Source: a virus
DNA: 64,000 bases
Direction: 5' to 3' (one strand)
Virus record (IMG/VR): IMGVR_UViG_3300027797_000021
Coordinates: 1-64,000 of that record
The position numbers and the translations under genes were made by a program. Shown one piece after another: positions 25,810-35,982 of the stretch. The stretch's first letter is position 1; every line of letters begins with the position of its first letter. The notes under the pieces were generated by a model. It saw only the letters and a list, made by a program, of their open reading frames with translations, was not told the DNA's origin and ran no database searches.

Positions 25810-27063
25810 TTAGTTGTATTGAATAATTAAATCAGACAAAACAGGTGCGGTTGTGTCGTTTGCCATATTAAGAGTAATTTCAATCCATACGTGGTTATTG
25901 GCTCCTGGATTATCCAGGCTATAGGTTCCACCATTGTCATATATAATTCTATATTCAAAAACATTGCCTATTTGACTTAGGGGTACATTATATATTTTCG
26001 GCGTAACATTAGTTATTTCTTCAATTACGTCACCAGTCTTTGGGGTATATTTTATTATAGTTCTTCCAGTGGGTAGAAATTTATCATATCTTATGTCTAG
26101 GTCCGAAAGACCATAGGTATATATGTAGTTTCCAAGTTCTGTAAAGTAATTTTTTTGATTAAATTTTATTCTTATGGCAGTAATATCTGTACTCGGGAAT
26201 TGATAACATAGGGGTCCGGAGTTCTTTACTGAGTCTGCACCTGAGGTATTCCATCCTCCGGGGGCAACTTTCCCAATTGCCGAAAGATCACCATCGTAGT
26301 ATCCCTTAGAATTGAGTGGTATCCATGTATCAGTATCTGACAGTGATGGATCTGTATTGGTAGTATATTCTATTGAGTAAATTTCTACGCCAAATGCTGG
26401 GAATGGATTGAGTTTAATTGCATTTGTTTTGCTTGATCCTGATATTTCAGGAGACACTCTTACGTAAAACATCATCTGAGCTCCAGTTATTGGATTACTA
26501 GGAGAGATTACTGTTCTTTTCCAAACCTTATCAGGAGAATCTAGAATAGCATTATACATGGGGGTTGAGTCAATGATGGCTCCATTAGTGTCAACTCCAG
26601 CAAAGCTCAGACTAAGCATAGCCTTAAAGTAGTCCGGGACGATCTGTCCGACACCCGGCTGTCCAAATTTAAGTTTTGAAAAAGATCCGCTAGAAACTTT
26701 GGGTAGAGAGATTATATTGTATGTTGGATCAAAACTTAATAGTTCAGTACCTGATACGGCAAAGCTTGTCCCGATAAAACTAGAATAATCTAGCTGAGAA
26801 AATGAGTGAATAGATAGAGTATTACTTTCAGACTCTAGTGCCTTGATTCTGTCGGAAATATCATTGATGGCGTTTGCCAAAAAGGTGTGATCCTTAAGAA
26901 CGCGCTCAAAAGCTGCAGACAACTTTGTGTCAACCATATTTGATTTATTATACAAATACACTAAGTCTTGATAGTTCTCTTCTATTCTGGAATTATAATC
27001 AGAACTATCAACAGGGCCATTGTATTTGTAATCTCTTTTTTTAGTTTTTAAAATGTCTGACAT
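25810..27063 (-). CDS. Virion structural protein (coiled coil plus beta-sandwich), paralog 1
   Basis: Shares D...W, GL.DL.I and C-terminal P.L motifs with 29031, 31172 and 33378. Confidence 0.7.
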   Translation of the reverse strand: MSDILKTKKRDYKYNGPVDSSDYNSRIEENYQDLVYLYNKSNMVDTKLSAAFERVLKDHTFLANAINDISDRIKALESESNTLSIHSFSQLDYSSFIGTSFAVSGTELLSFDPTYNIISLPKVSSGSFSKLKFGQPGVGQIVPDYFKAMLSLSFAGVDTNGAIIDSTPMYNAILDSPDKVWKRTVISPSNPITGAQMMFYVRVSPEISGSSKTNAIKLNPFPAFGVEIYSIEYTTNTDPSLSDTDTWIPLNSKGYYDGDLSAIGKVAPGGWNTSGADSVKNSGPLCYQFPSTDITAIRIKFNQKNYFTELGNYIYTYGLSDLDIRYDKFLPTGRTIIKYTPKTGDVIEEITNVTPKIYNVPLSQIGNVFEYRIIYDNGGTYSLDNPGANNHVWIEITLNMANDTTAPVLSDLIIQYN

Positions 27064-27064
27064 T

Positions 27065-29029
27065 TCAGTTACCGTTTTCTAATAGTGAAACTTTGTAAAA
27101 TAATCTAGCCAGCTTTCCGCTGAGCTTATTAGTAGTATGTATTTGTAGTGTTTTTATTGGTATTACAAAAGCCCGGACTGGACGAACATAAGCTAGAGTG
27201 CTCTTTATAGTGCTACTCTGAGTGCCAAGGGCAAAATTTTGAGCCCACGAATTAGTACCGCTGACTTCGGAGGAGTTGAAATATGTGTCTGTAAAATTAC
27301 TATTTAAAGCGGCACGGTTGATATATATTTCATTTAATTCATCTAGTGAGGGCAAAAACCAATCTGATTTGTCCCCAAAAGTTAACTCACTACAATAAAC
27401 TGCAGCTGAGGTAGCTGAGGTACTTCCTGACTCAGTTACTATGTCTATAGTATTTTGCTCTCCGGAACCAATTGCTGTTTCGTCAGCTCCAGATCTTTGC
27501 TTGATAGATACAGAATTGTCTATTGTGCCAGTCCACGAGTAGAGTGACGAGGTGCTACCGTCAAAATATGTAGTACCGTCTGACGTCTCGCCAAAAAAGA
27601 CGCTATCTATCTGATGAGAGTCACCAATGGCACCTGTGTTGGTGCTGATTAGGCGTAGGTCTGCTCTGGCTGCACCTACTGGTGCTGTACCTGAAATAGA
27701 CAGACGGGTACTCGTAGTGCAGGCATTGGCAGAACTATTTGCCAAACTAATAAAAACACCTGCGCTGTCGTACCAGTCGATACGTGCGCTGTAAGTTCGC
27801 GCACCTACAAGTCTCAAGACTTGTGCAGAGAAAGTGTAACTTGTGCCCTCCGTTATAGGGAACACGCCAGTGCCGCCGCATGAGGGACCGTACGCAGCTG
27901 TCACTAATGCAGATGACACCATTGACCATGAACCACTACCACCCGCAATAGTACCAGCCGTTTTCGTATTCGTACAAGAGGTGCTCGTCGTATTCCAGTT
28001 TGCAACATCAAACTCAAACGACGGGTTAATGATTAAGTTGGCACGTCCGACGAGTTGGGAACTACTAGCGTGTGCTGTACCTGTCCACATTTTGCCTGCC
28101 ATGCTACCGTCAAAATAACTGCCCAGTGCTGATGACTGTTCAAATAAAATATTATCAAACTTAGTTGTCCAACCAGCAGTTAAGCCAGTAGTCCCTGATG
28201 CCAAAATTATTCTTGCTTTAGTAGCAGTTGCTGGGGCAGTCCCAAAAGCAGACCTTCTCACCCAGCCAGCAAGTGTAGTTAAGTTTCCACTTCCAGCACT
28301 TGTATTGTCAGATATATAAGTACCTGCAGATGTAAACCACTGAACTCCAATATAAATGTTCCTTGTAGAACCAGAAACATTACGGCAATAAGCGCTTAGA
28401 TAATATGGTGTATTTGGTGTAACAGTAATAAAATCATGATAAGCCAAGTTGTAGTCTGTTGCGCTTGAAGTTACAAGAAGATCGCCAGAGCCAGAATAAG
28501 GAGAAACAGTGTTTCTGCTTATTGTTGCACCACTTTGTCCAAGCCAATTATTTGTACCTGTCCCAAACGACGGATTAGCTATTAAGTTCACACGAGTTTT
28601 AGACCAAGTTCTTGTAACCTGCGTTTCTATGGGGGCAACCTCGAAATACTTTCCTGTTGTATTACCCGTTGTCAAAGGAGTGATAAATATTTTTCCTCCG
28701 CCAGGACCAGTATCTCCAATTTCGTATTGTGGATAGGAATAATCGTCATAGATTTGTACACCAGGTATATCGTAAGACAGTCCATCATCCAAGTTTACAG
28801 TTAAGTTAATATCATTAATGTCTCCAATAATATATGTCAATTTTTCCAGTATACTTGCATCTGTGTTTTCTAATTCATTAAGTATTCTTGAAAAATCAGT
28901 TTTTAATAAATTACTTTCTAAGTTTTCAGACAAACTATTTCTTGGAGACTTAAATTTTATTCTATTCAATTGGAATAAAGGTTCTCTAATTCTATATTTA
29001 TTTTCAGTTTTATTAAAAGTAATAGCCAT
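27065..29029 (-). CDS. Putative receptor-binding protein: DUF1566/Lcl (CLec-fold) domain interrupted by two CBM4/9-like domains
   Basis: IGDTGPGGGKIF...WFLPSLDEL...SSE...VRPVRAF; two NLI.NPSF...YFDGS...WTGT modules. Confidence 0.75.
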   Translation of the reverse strand: MAITFNKTENKYRIREPLFQLNRIKFKSPRNSLSENLESNLLKTDFSRILNELENTDASILEKLTYIIGDINDINLTVNLDDGLSYDIPGVQIYDDYSYPQYEIGDTGPGGGKIFITPLTTGNTTGKYFEVAPIETQVTRTWSKTRVNLIANPSFGTGTNNWLGQSGATISRNTVSPYSGSGDLLVTSSATDYNLAYHDFITVTPNTPYYLSAYCRNVSGSTRNIYIGVQWFTSAGTYISDNTSAGSGNLTTLAGWVRRSAFGTAPATATKARIILASGTTGLTAGWTTKFDNILFEQSSALGSYFDGSMAGKMWTGTAHASSSQLVGRANLIINPSFEFDVANWNTTSTSCTNTKTAGTIAGGSGSWSMVSSALVTAAYGPSCGGTGVFPITEGTSYTFSAQVLRLVGARTYSARIDWYDSAGVFISLANSSANACTTSTRLSISGTAPVGAARADLRLISTNTGAIGDSHQIDSVFFGETSDGTTYFDGSTSSLYSWTGTIDNSVSIKQRSGADETAIGSGEQNTIDIVTESGSTSATSAAVYCSELTFGDKSDWFLPSLDELNEIYINRAALNSNFTDTYFNSSEVSGTNSWAQNFALGTQSSTIKSTLAYVRPVRAFVIPIKTLQIHTTNKLSGKLARLFYKVSLLENGN

Positions 29030-29030
29030 T

Positions 29031-31175
29031 TTAGCCTTCTTCGCTGTGCTTGAATTTAACTCTTATACTATCTATTGATGGAGATACTAATGGGTTACTT
29101 GACCTGTATAAATCTGCCCTATATCTAACTGCATCGATGGGTCTAGTTATCTCTGAAAAATACTTAATTTGAGACACGCCACTCAAGGATTGTGATGCAA
29201 CGATTTCCCTAGAGCCAAATACATTGTCTATGGTGAATGTAAAGGATGAATCTGATACCCGTTGCCTGAATTCGTATGGATCTAGATAGGTGAAATAATC
29301 CAAGAATAAAGTTCCATAGTCAGATATTGATTTTCCAGACATAATGTTGAAATTTATTAACCCTTGAAAATTTTTATCATACGCAATTTTTATAAAGTTT
29401 ATTCCTTTTTTAAAGTTCCATTCGACATCTCTGCTAAGTGTTCCGCTAGGAAGATCAGCTATTAGGACGTCATTAAGGTATATGGCTAAGTTAAAATCTT
29501 CTCTACTCTTTGTTACCATATGCACAGCACTGTTTTCTGAATCGCAGTTAATCTTAGCATCCAGTAGGCCTGAGCATATATCGTAAGGGCCTGGACTAAT
29601 GGAGCTTAATTGATTTACTATTGGAGAACTAACAGTTACATCTGATCCATTAACAGCGTTTACTTTTTCGCTCCATATATTTAATGCCCTATATATTTCT
29701 ACTGCATTTACGGATGAGGATCTGAATATTATATAGTTCTTAAACGAATTTATTCCAGACAAAATAAACGGTTGCTTAATGACCTCTGAGCCAACTACTG
29801 CTATTCTATAAACGCTCTTACCAAAATATACAGACGTATTGGGATTCAATTCGTTTACATTAAGGGACGTTGTATTCAAGTCAATTAGCTCAAATCCACC
29901 CTTGCTCAGTCCACCATCCTCTATGGTTTTCATAGACTTAGTTGATGATTGTAAGTTAACCGATGTTGGATTTGAATTATTATTTGCATTGATTGGATCA
30001 ATCGCTATCCAATTAAAGTTTTCGATTCCAACAGCAGATGGATTATCTACTGCTACAAAATAGCTTATGTCATAGCCGGATCCCGTTTGGTGATTTACGT
30101 CAAGCGCAACTGACTCTATTGTCAATAGTCCATTGTCAGTTACTGGAATTGATAATGGTTTAGATATCAGAGTTGCTCTTTTGTCATGATATTTTGCACC
30201 TATAAAAAGGTCCCTTAGTCCAAAATTATACATATAAGGCTTGTCAGAGTTATTGGAAGTTTCATCAGCATATGTTTTAAACATAGTTAATTTAATTCTA
30301 GAGTATTTCAATGGATTAAATGTAAAAGAAAATCTATCATAATCAGATCTTGAATTCTTTATTTTTATTTGTTCCGGAATTGAGGAATCATTTGCAGTTG
30401 CTGTTACAATTACGGTAACTGGACTTGCTGTTAACAGTGTTCCTTCAATCTTGGATATTGTAAAATTATTATTGATAGGGATATCAATATCCATTGAAGT
30501 CAAAGATGATTGTGCAGATTGATGCTTGTAGCTCCAGTATGTATCAGTTAACCCATCTAGAGCATTATCGAAATCACTGATAGAGGTATTACTGTAAACC
30601 TCTGCGCCGTTTTCAAATATTGAAACCTTTACAGATTGAATATCCACTATAGACGAAGATATCATATCAAATATACCAGAGCTAATTTTTGGAATAGTTA
30701 CATTTCCTATAGATGTATCAACAAAAGCGTTAGTTAGGGACATGTCTATGTTATCTGTGTTTGAAAAATTATCAACTAAAGAATAAAAAAATCCATCTGA
30801 ATTTAAATTAGAAAATATTAATTGATCCACCTTTCCTTCTAGTTCTCTTCTTTTTGTCTTTAAATTTGACAACCTTTTATTTAAAGAAGTTATTGTTGAC
30901 ATTAACTCATGGTTGTTTTCATTGACACATTCATATAGAATTTCTAGATTAAATAGAGAAGTTATCATTAACTCATTAAGGTCAAAATGATTAATTGTAT
31001 TAGATTGATTTAGAGAATCGTAGTCAACAGAGATAGGAATGCCAATTTTATTGCTTGAAAAATATGTATTGAATATTTTTCTTATTTCTTGCTCTGAGGG
31101 TTTATTACCAGATGAATAAAATAGTTTGTATATATTATTTAAAAATTTTCTTTTTTGTATCGTTGCTATGTTCAT
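29031..31175 (-). CDS. Virion structural protein, paralog 2
   Basis: Coiled coil; ALDGLTDTYW; FGLRDL; SPSIDSIRVK. Confidence 0.7.
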   Translation of the reverse strand: MNIATIQKRKFLNNIYKLFYSSGNKPSEQEIRKIFNTYFSSNKIGIPISVDYDSLNQSNTINHFDLNELMITSLFNLEILYECVNENNHELMSTITSLNKRLSNLKTKRRELEGKVDQLIFSNLNSDGFFYSLVDNFSNTDNIDMSLTNAFVDTSIGNVTIPKISSGIFDMISSSIVDIQSVKVSIFENGAEVYSNTSISDFDNALDGLTDTYWSYKHQSAQSSLTSMDIDIPINNNFTISKIEGTLLTASPVTVIVTATANDSSIPEQIKIKNSRSDYDRFSFTFNPLKYSRIKLTMFKTYADETSNNSDKPYMYNFGLRDLFIGAKYHDKRATLISKPLSIPVTDNGLLTIESVALDVNHQTGSGYDISYFVAVDNPSAVGIENFNWIAIDPINANNNSNPTSVNLQSSTKSMKTIEDGGLSKGGFELIDLNTTSLNVNELNPNTSVYFGKSVYRIAVVGSEVIKQPFILSGINSFKNYIIFRSSSVNAVEIYRALNIWSEKVNAVNGSDVTVSSPIVNQLSSISPGPYDICSGLLDAKINCDSENSAVHMVTKSREDFNLAIYLNDVLIADLPSGTLSRDVEWNFKKGINFIKIAYDKNFQGLINFNIMSGKSISDYGTLFLDYFTYLDPYEFRQRVSDSSFTFTIDNVFGSREIVASQSLSGVSQIKYFSEITRPIDAVRYRADLYRSSNPLVSPSIDSIRVKFKHSEEG

Positions 31176-33367
31176 GATTTTTTAACCTTAGCTATTAATT
31201 GGTAAGAATATATACTTGGAGTGAAATTTATTCTATTTTTTTTAACTATTTTTATCTTAACTAAAATATTTTTTACCTCTTTTGGTATTGTAGGATAGCT
31301 AAGGTACGATCCGCCAGATAATCTGTATTCATTCAGAACTGATTGATTAAAGAATAATACTTCCGGTATACCTGAAAAGTCTAATTGTATAGGAGATATC
31401 TGAATCCAATTACTGCCATTATCCACTGAGATATATCCTAATATAGATACATTTTTTAACATCTCCTCATCAATGTTGGAGTTAATATCTAGCATGACTG
31501 ACTCTACGGGAAAATCAAAACTGAATGGTAACGAAACCATTTCCAACTGCGAATTAAAAGTTTCTTTATAAACTTCTATATCCCTTAGCCCTATACACCA
31601 GCGCTTAGCCGGATATCTTTCCTTAGATGTTTCCAGTGGTATTGAATATTTTGTTATTCTTTCCTGAGCAGTAAAAGACTGCTCTATTACAGTTATCATA
31701 TTTACCGTACTTCCGTCATCTAGCAGTGTTGGCGTGGCCTGATTTAAAATGTAAATATCTAATAAATCATCAAAGTCGTTTTGAGCAGCGTCGATTGTGT
31801 CATAGTTTTTATTTTTTATTTCATCTTCGGTAACATCTATAGAGTCTAAGAATCTTGGAACACGTATCACTATAAAATTGCCATTTATATCCTTGTTAGG
31901 AGAATTTTCTGAAAACCATCCCTCAAAATACGCCTTCACTTGCTCATTGGATGGGTTAGTTATACTGAATTCTATAACGTAGAACTTTCTTGCAACTGGC
32001 TTCTTTTTAATAAAAACCTCAATATACTTAGAGGCTTTTCCTAATTTTGAGTATTCTGTTGGATTTGAAATCGTAGGTAGGAGATTATATCTGTTATATT
32101 CAACCTTTTCGTATATGTCCTTATTCAAGGCATCAGGATTAAAGCGTTCTAGGTTTGCAAAAGGGTTATTTATATTCGAGGAGGTTGGCTTCCAATATAC
32201 GTGTTGCATTTCTATATTGGAATATTCCTGCTGCTTAAATGAAACTTGAACTTTAAAGACTTGCCTCTCAGCAAATCTTACTGTTGCCTTACTGTAAAAG
32301 TATGATTTAGCCATTTGCAAGTTTAGCGGAACCAATGAAGACCCTATATATATTGGAGCATCAAGCACTTCTTGTGATACCCCATCTTTTCCATATACTA
32401 CTATGCTAGTAACTTCTACATATTTCATTGAACCAAAGTATGGAGTGATATCTATGCTATTAGCAACAGAGCTATTTGAGGAAGCCAATTCCAGGTCTAG
32501 CACCAGAGGGTCTGCGGTGTTGTGAGTTGACCAATCTACTAAATCACCTTCGCCAGTATTTGAACTATTAAATTCAGATTTAATATATTTAAATTCATTT
32601 TCCCTCGCCGGAATAGAGGGTTGGGGTGTTGGTTTACTCTTGTCAACGTTCAATGCTTCATATTCAAAGTAGGTTAAGGGATTAGAATCTTTTAAGCTGG
32701 TAAGATTATTTAAAGCAGAACTACGTTCAAATATGTATTGATATTCACTGCTTTCTTCCGAGTCTGTAGCCTTGATTACTTGATGACTATTGCCGATAAA
32801 GCCTCCGGAACTTAAAACTTTTACTAGGTTAGCATTCCATTTTTGGGCAGCAGATACAGACAGGCTCATTATTCCATTTTTAATTAATGGATTTAATCCA
32901 GCCTGTATTCTGGAATAGTCTATCAAGTCATCGTTATCAAAAGAATCTCCTACATAATAAATATCATCAGCTGGACTTCTGGAATACATCTGTAAGATTT
33001 TAGATTTTGATGCTATTCTTTCTGAAAATCTTTTTTCATTTTCTATTTCTGTTGAAAATAAATTAAATATACTGATCGACTTTGCATTTAAGAAGTCAAC
33101 TTGACTAGCTATAGCATTAAGGTCAGTTGAACAGCCATCGAAAAATAGATTAACTTTTGATGAGATTGGTGGCTCACCCTTAATAAACGGATAATACTGA
33201 GTTAACGGTGCACCGATTTGTTCGCGCACTTCAGTTAGAATATTTGAATACTCACTCGCTATTTCTTCTTTAGAAAAAATTCCCCTAGAATTAACTACGT
33301 TAATTAATCTAGATACTTTAATTAATAATTGCTGATATGTTAATAGATTTGCGGATAATTGTGTCAT
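31172..33367 (-). CDS. Virion structural protein, paralog 3
   Basis: LKDSNPLTYFEYE; IGLRDI; TPSIYSYQL. Confidence 0.7.
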   Translation of the reverse strand: MTQLSANLLTYQQLLIKVSRLINVVNSRGIFSKEEIASEYSNILTEVREQIGAPLTQYYPFIKGEPPISSKVNLFFDGCSTDLNAIASQVDFLNAKSISIFNLFSTEIENEKRFSERIASKSKILQMYSRSPADDIYYVGDSFDNDDLIDYSRIQAGLNPLIKNGIMSLSVSAAQKWNANLVKVLSSGGFIGNSHQVIKATDSEESSEYQYIFERSSALNNLTSLKDSNPLTYFEYEALNVDKSKPTPQPSIPARENEFKYIKSEFNSSNTGEGDLVDWSTHNTADPLVLDLELASSNSSVANSIDITPYFGSMKYVEVTSIVVYGKDGVSQEVLDAPIYIGSSLVPLNLQMAKSYFYSKATVRFAERQVFKVQVSFKQQEYSNIEMQHVYWKPTSSNINNPFANLERFNPDALNKDIYEKVEYNRYNLLPTISNPTEYSKLGKASKYIEVFIKKKPVARKFYVIEFSITNPSNEQVKAYFEGWFSENSPNKDINGNFIVIRVPRFLDSIDVTEDEIKNKNYDTIDAAQNDFDDLLDIYILNQATPTLLDDGSTVNMITVIEQSFTAQERITKYSIPLETSKERYPAKRWCIGLRDIEVYKETFNSQLEMVSLPFSFDFPVESVMLDINSNIDEEMLKNVSILGYISVDNGSNWIQISPIQLDFSGIPEVLFFNQSVLNEYRLSGGSYLSYPTIPKEVKNILVKIKIVKKNRINFTPSIYSYQLIAKVKKS

Positions 33368-33377
33368 ATAAGTCTCT

Positions 33378-35981
33378 TTATCTTAAGTAGGAATTTAATT
33401 TTCCATAATATGGATCATAGTTTATTGTTTTCATTTTTAATATTAAACTATCAATTGATATTGGATCTGTTGATTCCGTTATGTTTTTTCTTAGAATTAT
33501 CCTAAACCTTAAGTCATTTGGAATATACTGATATATTACCTTAAAAGCAGTATTTATGTTTTTATTAAAAACAATTCCTTGTCCACTGTGAATAAAAATG
33601 GTATCATTGGTATCATAAAAACTATTCGTCTGAGAAGTAGAAGTGTAGTTAGTTATATTAAGGGCATAAGATCCATCTGATAGCTGAACCCTTACGGGAG
33701 AATATCCGGCAAAGTTTCCTATAAAACTAGTACCAGTAACTTTGCTGAAAAAAGCGTTAGTTGCAGCGCCGGCGCTAATGTACGGAGTATATGATAACCT
33801 AATATAGCTATTTGAATCAGTTTGTCTGAATTGTTCACCTGGTCCATTTTCTGTCCCAAAAGATTTAACTGATTCAAGAAATATATTTTGTCTAGTAAAA
33901 TCAATTTCATCTGGTGAAGACGTGGAATAATCTAAGGAGTAGCTAGCTACGTAAGTGTCTGCCTGATTCAAGGATTCAATGGACAACGTAATTGTTTTAT
34001 TACCATTGGAATAAACATAACTAGCGTTACCTCTTGGTATCAACATGCCATTCTTGTAAACATTGATCGAATTATCTATTGCGCTAAAGCGAAGCGTTGC
34101 TTTTTTAGATGCTGGATCAAAAAATAATATTTCAGATTCTATAAAAGAAACACCATAAGGAACTATCGGAGTCCAATCTGACTCTCGGTTTGGGGCAGGC
34201 TTGTTAGAAATGGATACTTCATAAGAGGCTGCAGAGCTTAGATCTAGCCCGGAAGGTACTAGCGAGAGGGAATTGTTTGCCTGATTAATCTTTGCCTTTA
34301 GGGCAGTTACTTGCCCATCTACTGGAATTTTTTTACTAACAAAAACAGCTTTATTACTTGCTTGATCTAAAGTTTCAATTAGCTCTATAGACTTTAGTGA
34401 AAATGAATACTCGTAAGATTCTTCAGATTCTGTTATCTGAGAATTATTAACTGCATTGATGTTGGGGAAGGAAATCATTGGATCAGAGAATTGATTACGA
34501 TAATCTGCCATTGTATTAGATGAATTATACTGAGTAAATCCAGGTTGATTAATTCTACTTGTAACCCTGCTATTCATTCCCATTTCTAAATATTCTTTGT
34601 TATCAAAAATATTTAATTTACCAGAGAACCCGTCCAACATCGTATTGACTAGGTTAACAAATATTGGAGTATTAGAAAATACATTTGTGTCTTCCATAAT
34701 TAGAGAATTGAAATCTTTAATTTGTTCATTTAGGGTTGAGATATATGAACTAAACTCAGCGGGAAATCTGTAAGTATAATAATCGTTATCTAGGTAATTG
34801 TTTTTTGATAGGCCAGCTATGGTATTTTTTCTAACAAAAAACCAATAAACTATATCTTGAAATTTGCTAAACCTTTTAGCTCTATCATTAATTACTGCCT
34901 TTACAAAGGAGTCTAATACTCTTGCATTTAGCTCTGAGGACAACGCAGTCTTATTCGATCTGGTATAGTTTGATTGATTAAAAATAAATATAACTTTTTT
35001 TACACTTTTTTGATCAAATCTTAATTCGAAAACTCCATTGATTAGTCTTGGCTCATCTAGGAGGGTTGTATAATTTTCTGCGGCACTGCTATTGTTTGAC
35101 TGCTGTGGAGAACCATGAAATAGTACTACCTGAAGAAGTTGAAAGTTATTAGATTCATTTGGATTAAATCTAATAGTATCAATATTTACGCTACGTTGTA
35201 AATCGATTTCAGATAATGTGACTGCCCCTTTAATTAGAGAGTAATCATACTTGATATATTTTAAAGATTCTGTGATTTGAGAATCAAGTATAACCGGGCT
35301 CTTAACAGTTATGGTCCATGAGTCTGATAGGTTATCATTAAATAAATTAAAGAAATCATTATTAGTAGTTATGTAATTACTATAATTTGTTTTAATATTA
35401 ATATTTTTAATGTTTCTAATTATATTTTTTATATCTTGAGAGTTGCCAATTTTTAAAACCCCAAGAGATCCATCTACAAAAGCGTTGCCGTTTTCTCCAA
35501 ATTGAACATTATCTCTATCGGGAATATTAAATCTGACATTATCTGACCTGTAGTCATTAATGAAACTGTCAAATTTTTCTATATAGTTAGCGTTAAAAAG
35601 ATCATCTTTACCAGATATGAATTCGTAATTATCAATAAATAATTCTAATTTATCTAAATCATTTTGAACTTTATCTATTTCTGAAGAAAAAATATCCACC
35701 ATAGATGACAACACTAGACCATGGGCATTTGCTGCAGAAAAAAGTTGTTGCTCCCTTAGATATAGATTTCTAAATGAGTCAATTAATATTTCTTTTGAGA
35801 TTACAGAGAATGCTGGTATCCGTGACGCTGAAAAGTTTTTGTCAACTACATTAGCATTTATTTTATCTACTAGTGATGATAGTTCTACTTTAGAAATTTT
35901 CATACTTTTGATTAAAGAAGAAATACTAGTTCTAGTTGAAGAAGAGTATTGATTTATGGTTTCTGGTAAATAATTTAACAT
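33378..35981 (-). CDS. Virion structural protein, paralog 4
   Basis: LFNDNLSDSW; FSLKSI; PISIDSLILK. Confidence 0.7.
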   Translation of the reverse strand: MLNYLPETINQYSSSTRTSISSLIKSMKISKVELSSLVDKINANVVDKNFSASRIPAFSVISKEILIDSFRNLYLREQQLFSAANAHGLVLSSMVDIFSSEIDKVQNDLDKLELFIDNYEFISGKDDLFNANYIEKFDSFINDYRSDNVRFNIPDRDNVQFGENGNAFVDGSLGVLKIGNSQDIKNIIRNIKNINIKTNYSNYITTNNDFFNLFNDNLSDSWTITVKSPVILDSQITESLKYIKYDYSLIKGAVTLSEIDLQRSVNIDTIRFNPNESNNFQLLQVVLFHGSPQQSNNSSAAENYTTLLDEPRLINGVFELRFDQKSVKKVIFIFNQSNYTRSNKTALSSELNARVLDSFVKAVINDRAKRFSKFQDIVYWFFVRKNTIAGLSKNNYLDNDYYTYRFPAEFSSYISTLNEQIKDFNSLIMEDTNVFSNTPIFVNLVNTMLDGFSGKLNIFDNKEYLEMGMNSRVTSRINQPGFTQYNSSNTMADYRNQFSDPMISFPNINAVNNSQITESEESYEYSFSLKSIELIETLDQASNKAVFVSKKIPVDGQVTALKAKINQANNSLSLVPSGLDLSSAASYEVSISNKPAPNRESDWTPIVPYGVSFIESEILFFDPASKKATLRFSAIDNSINVYKNGMLIPRGNASYVYSNGNKTITLSIESLNQADTYVASYSLDYSTSSPDEIDFTRQNIFLESVKSFGTENGPGEQFRQTDSNSYIRLSYTPYISAGAATNAFFSKVTGTSFIGNFAGYSPVRVQLSDGSYALNITNYTSTSQTNSFYDTNDTIFIHSGQGIVFNKNINTAFKVIYQYIPNDLRFRIILRKNITESTDPISIDSLILKMKTINYDPYYGKLNSYLR

Positions 35982-35982
35982 T

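Noticed and set aside
27160-27370. Diversity-generating retroelement target (DUF1566 CLec end, SSE...VRPVRAF)
   Set aside because: No template repeat or reverse transcriptase seen in the window, and the domain is not at the protein terminus; a distant DGR cannot be excluded
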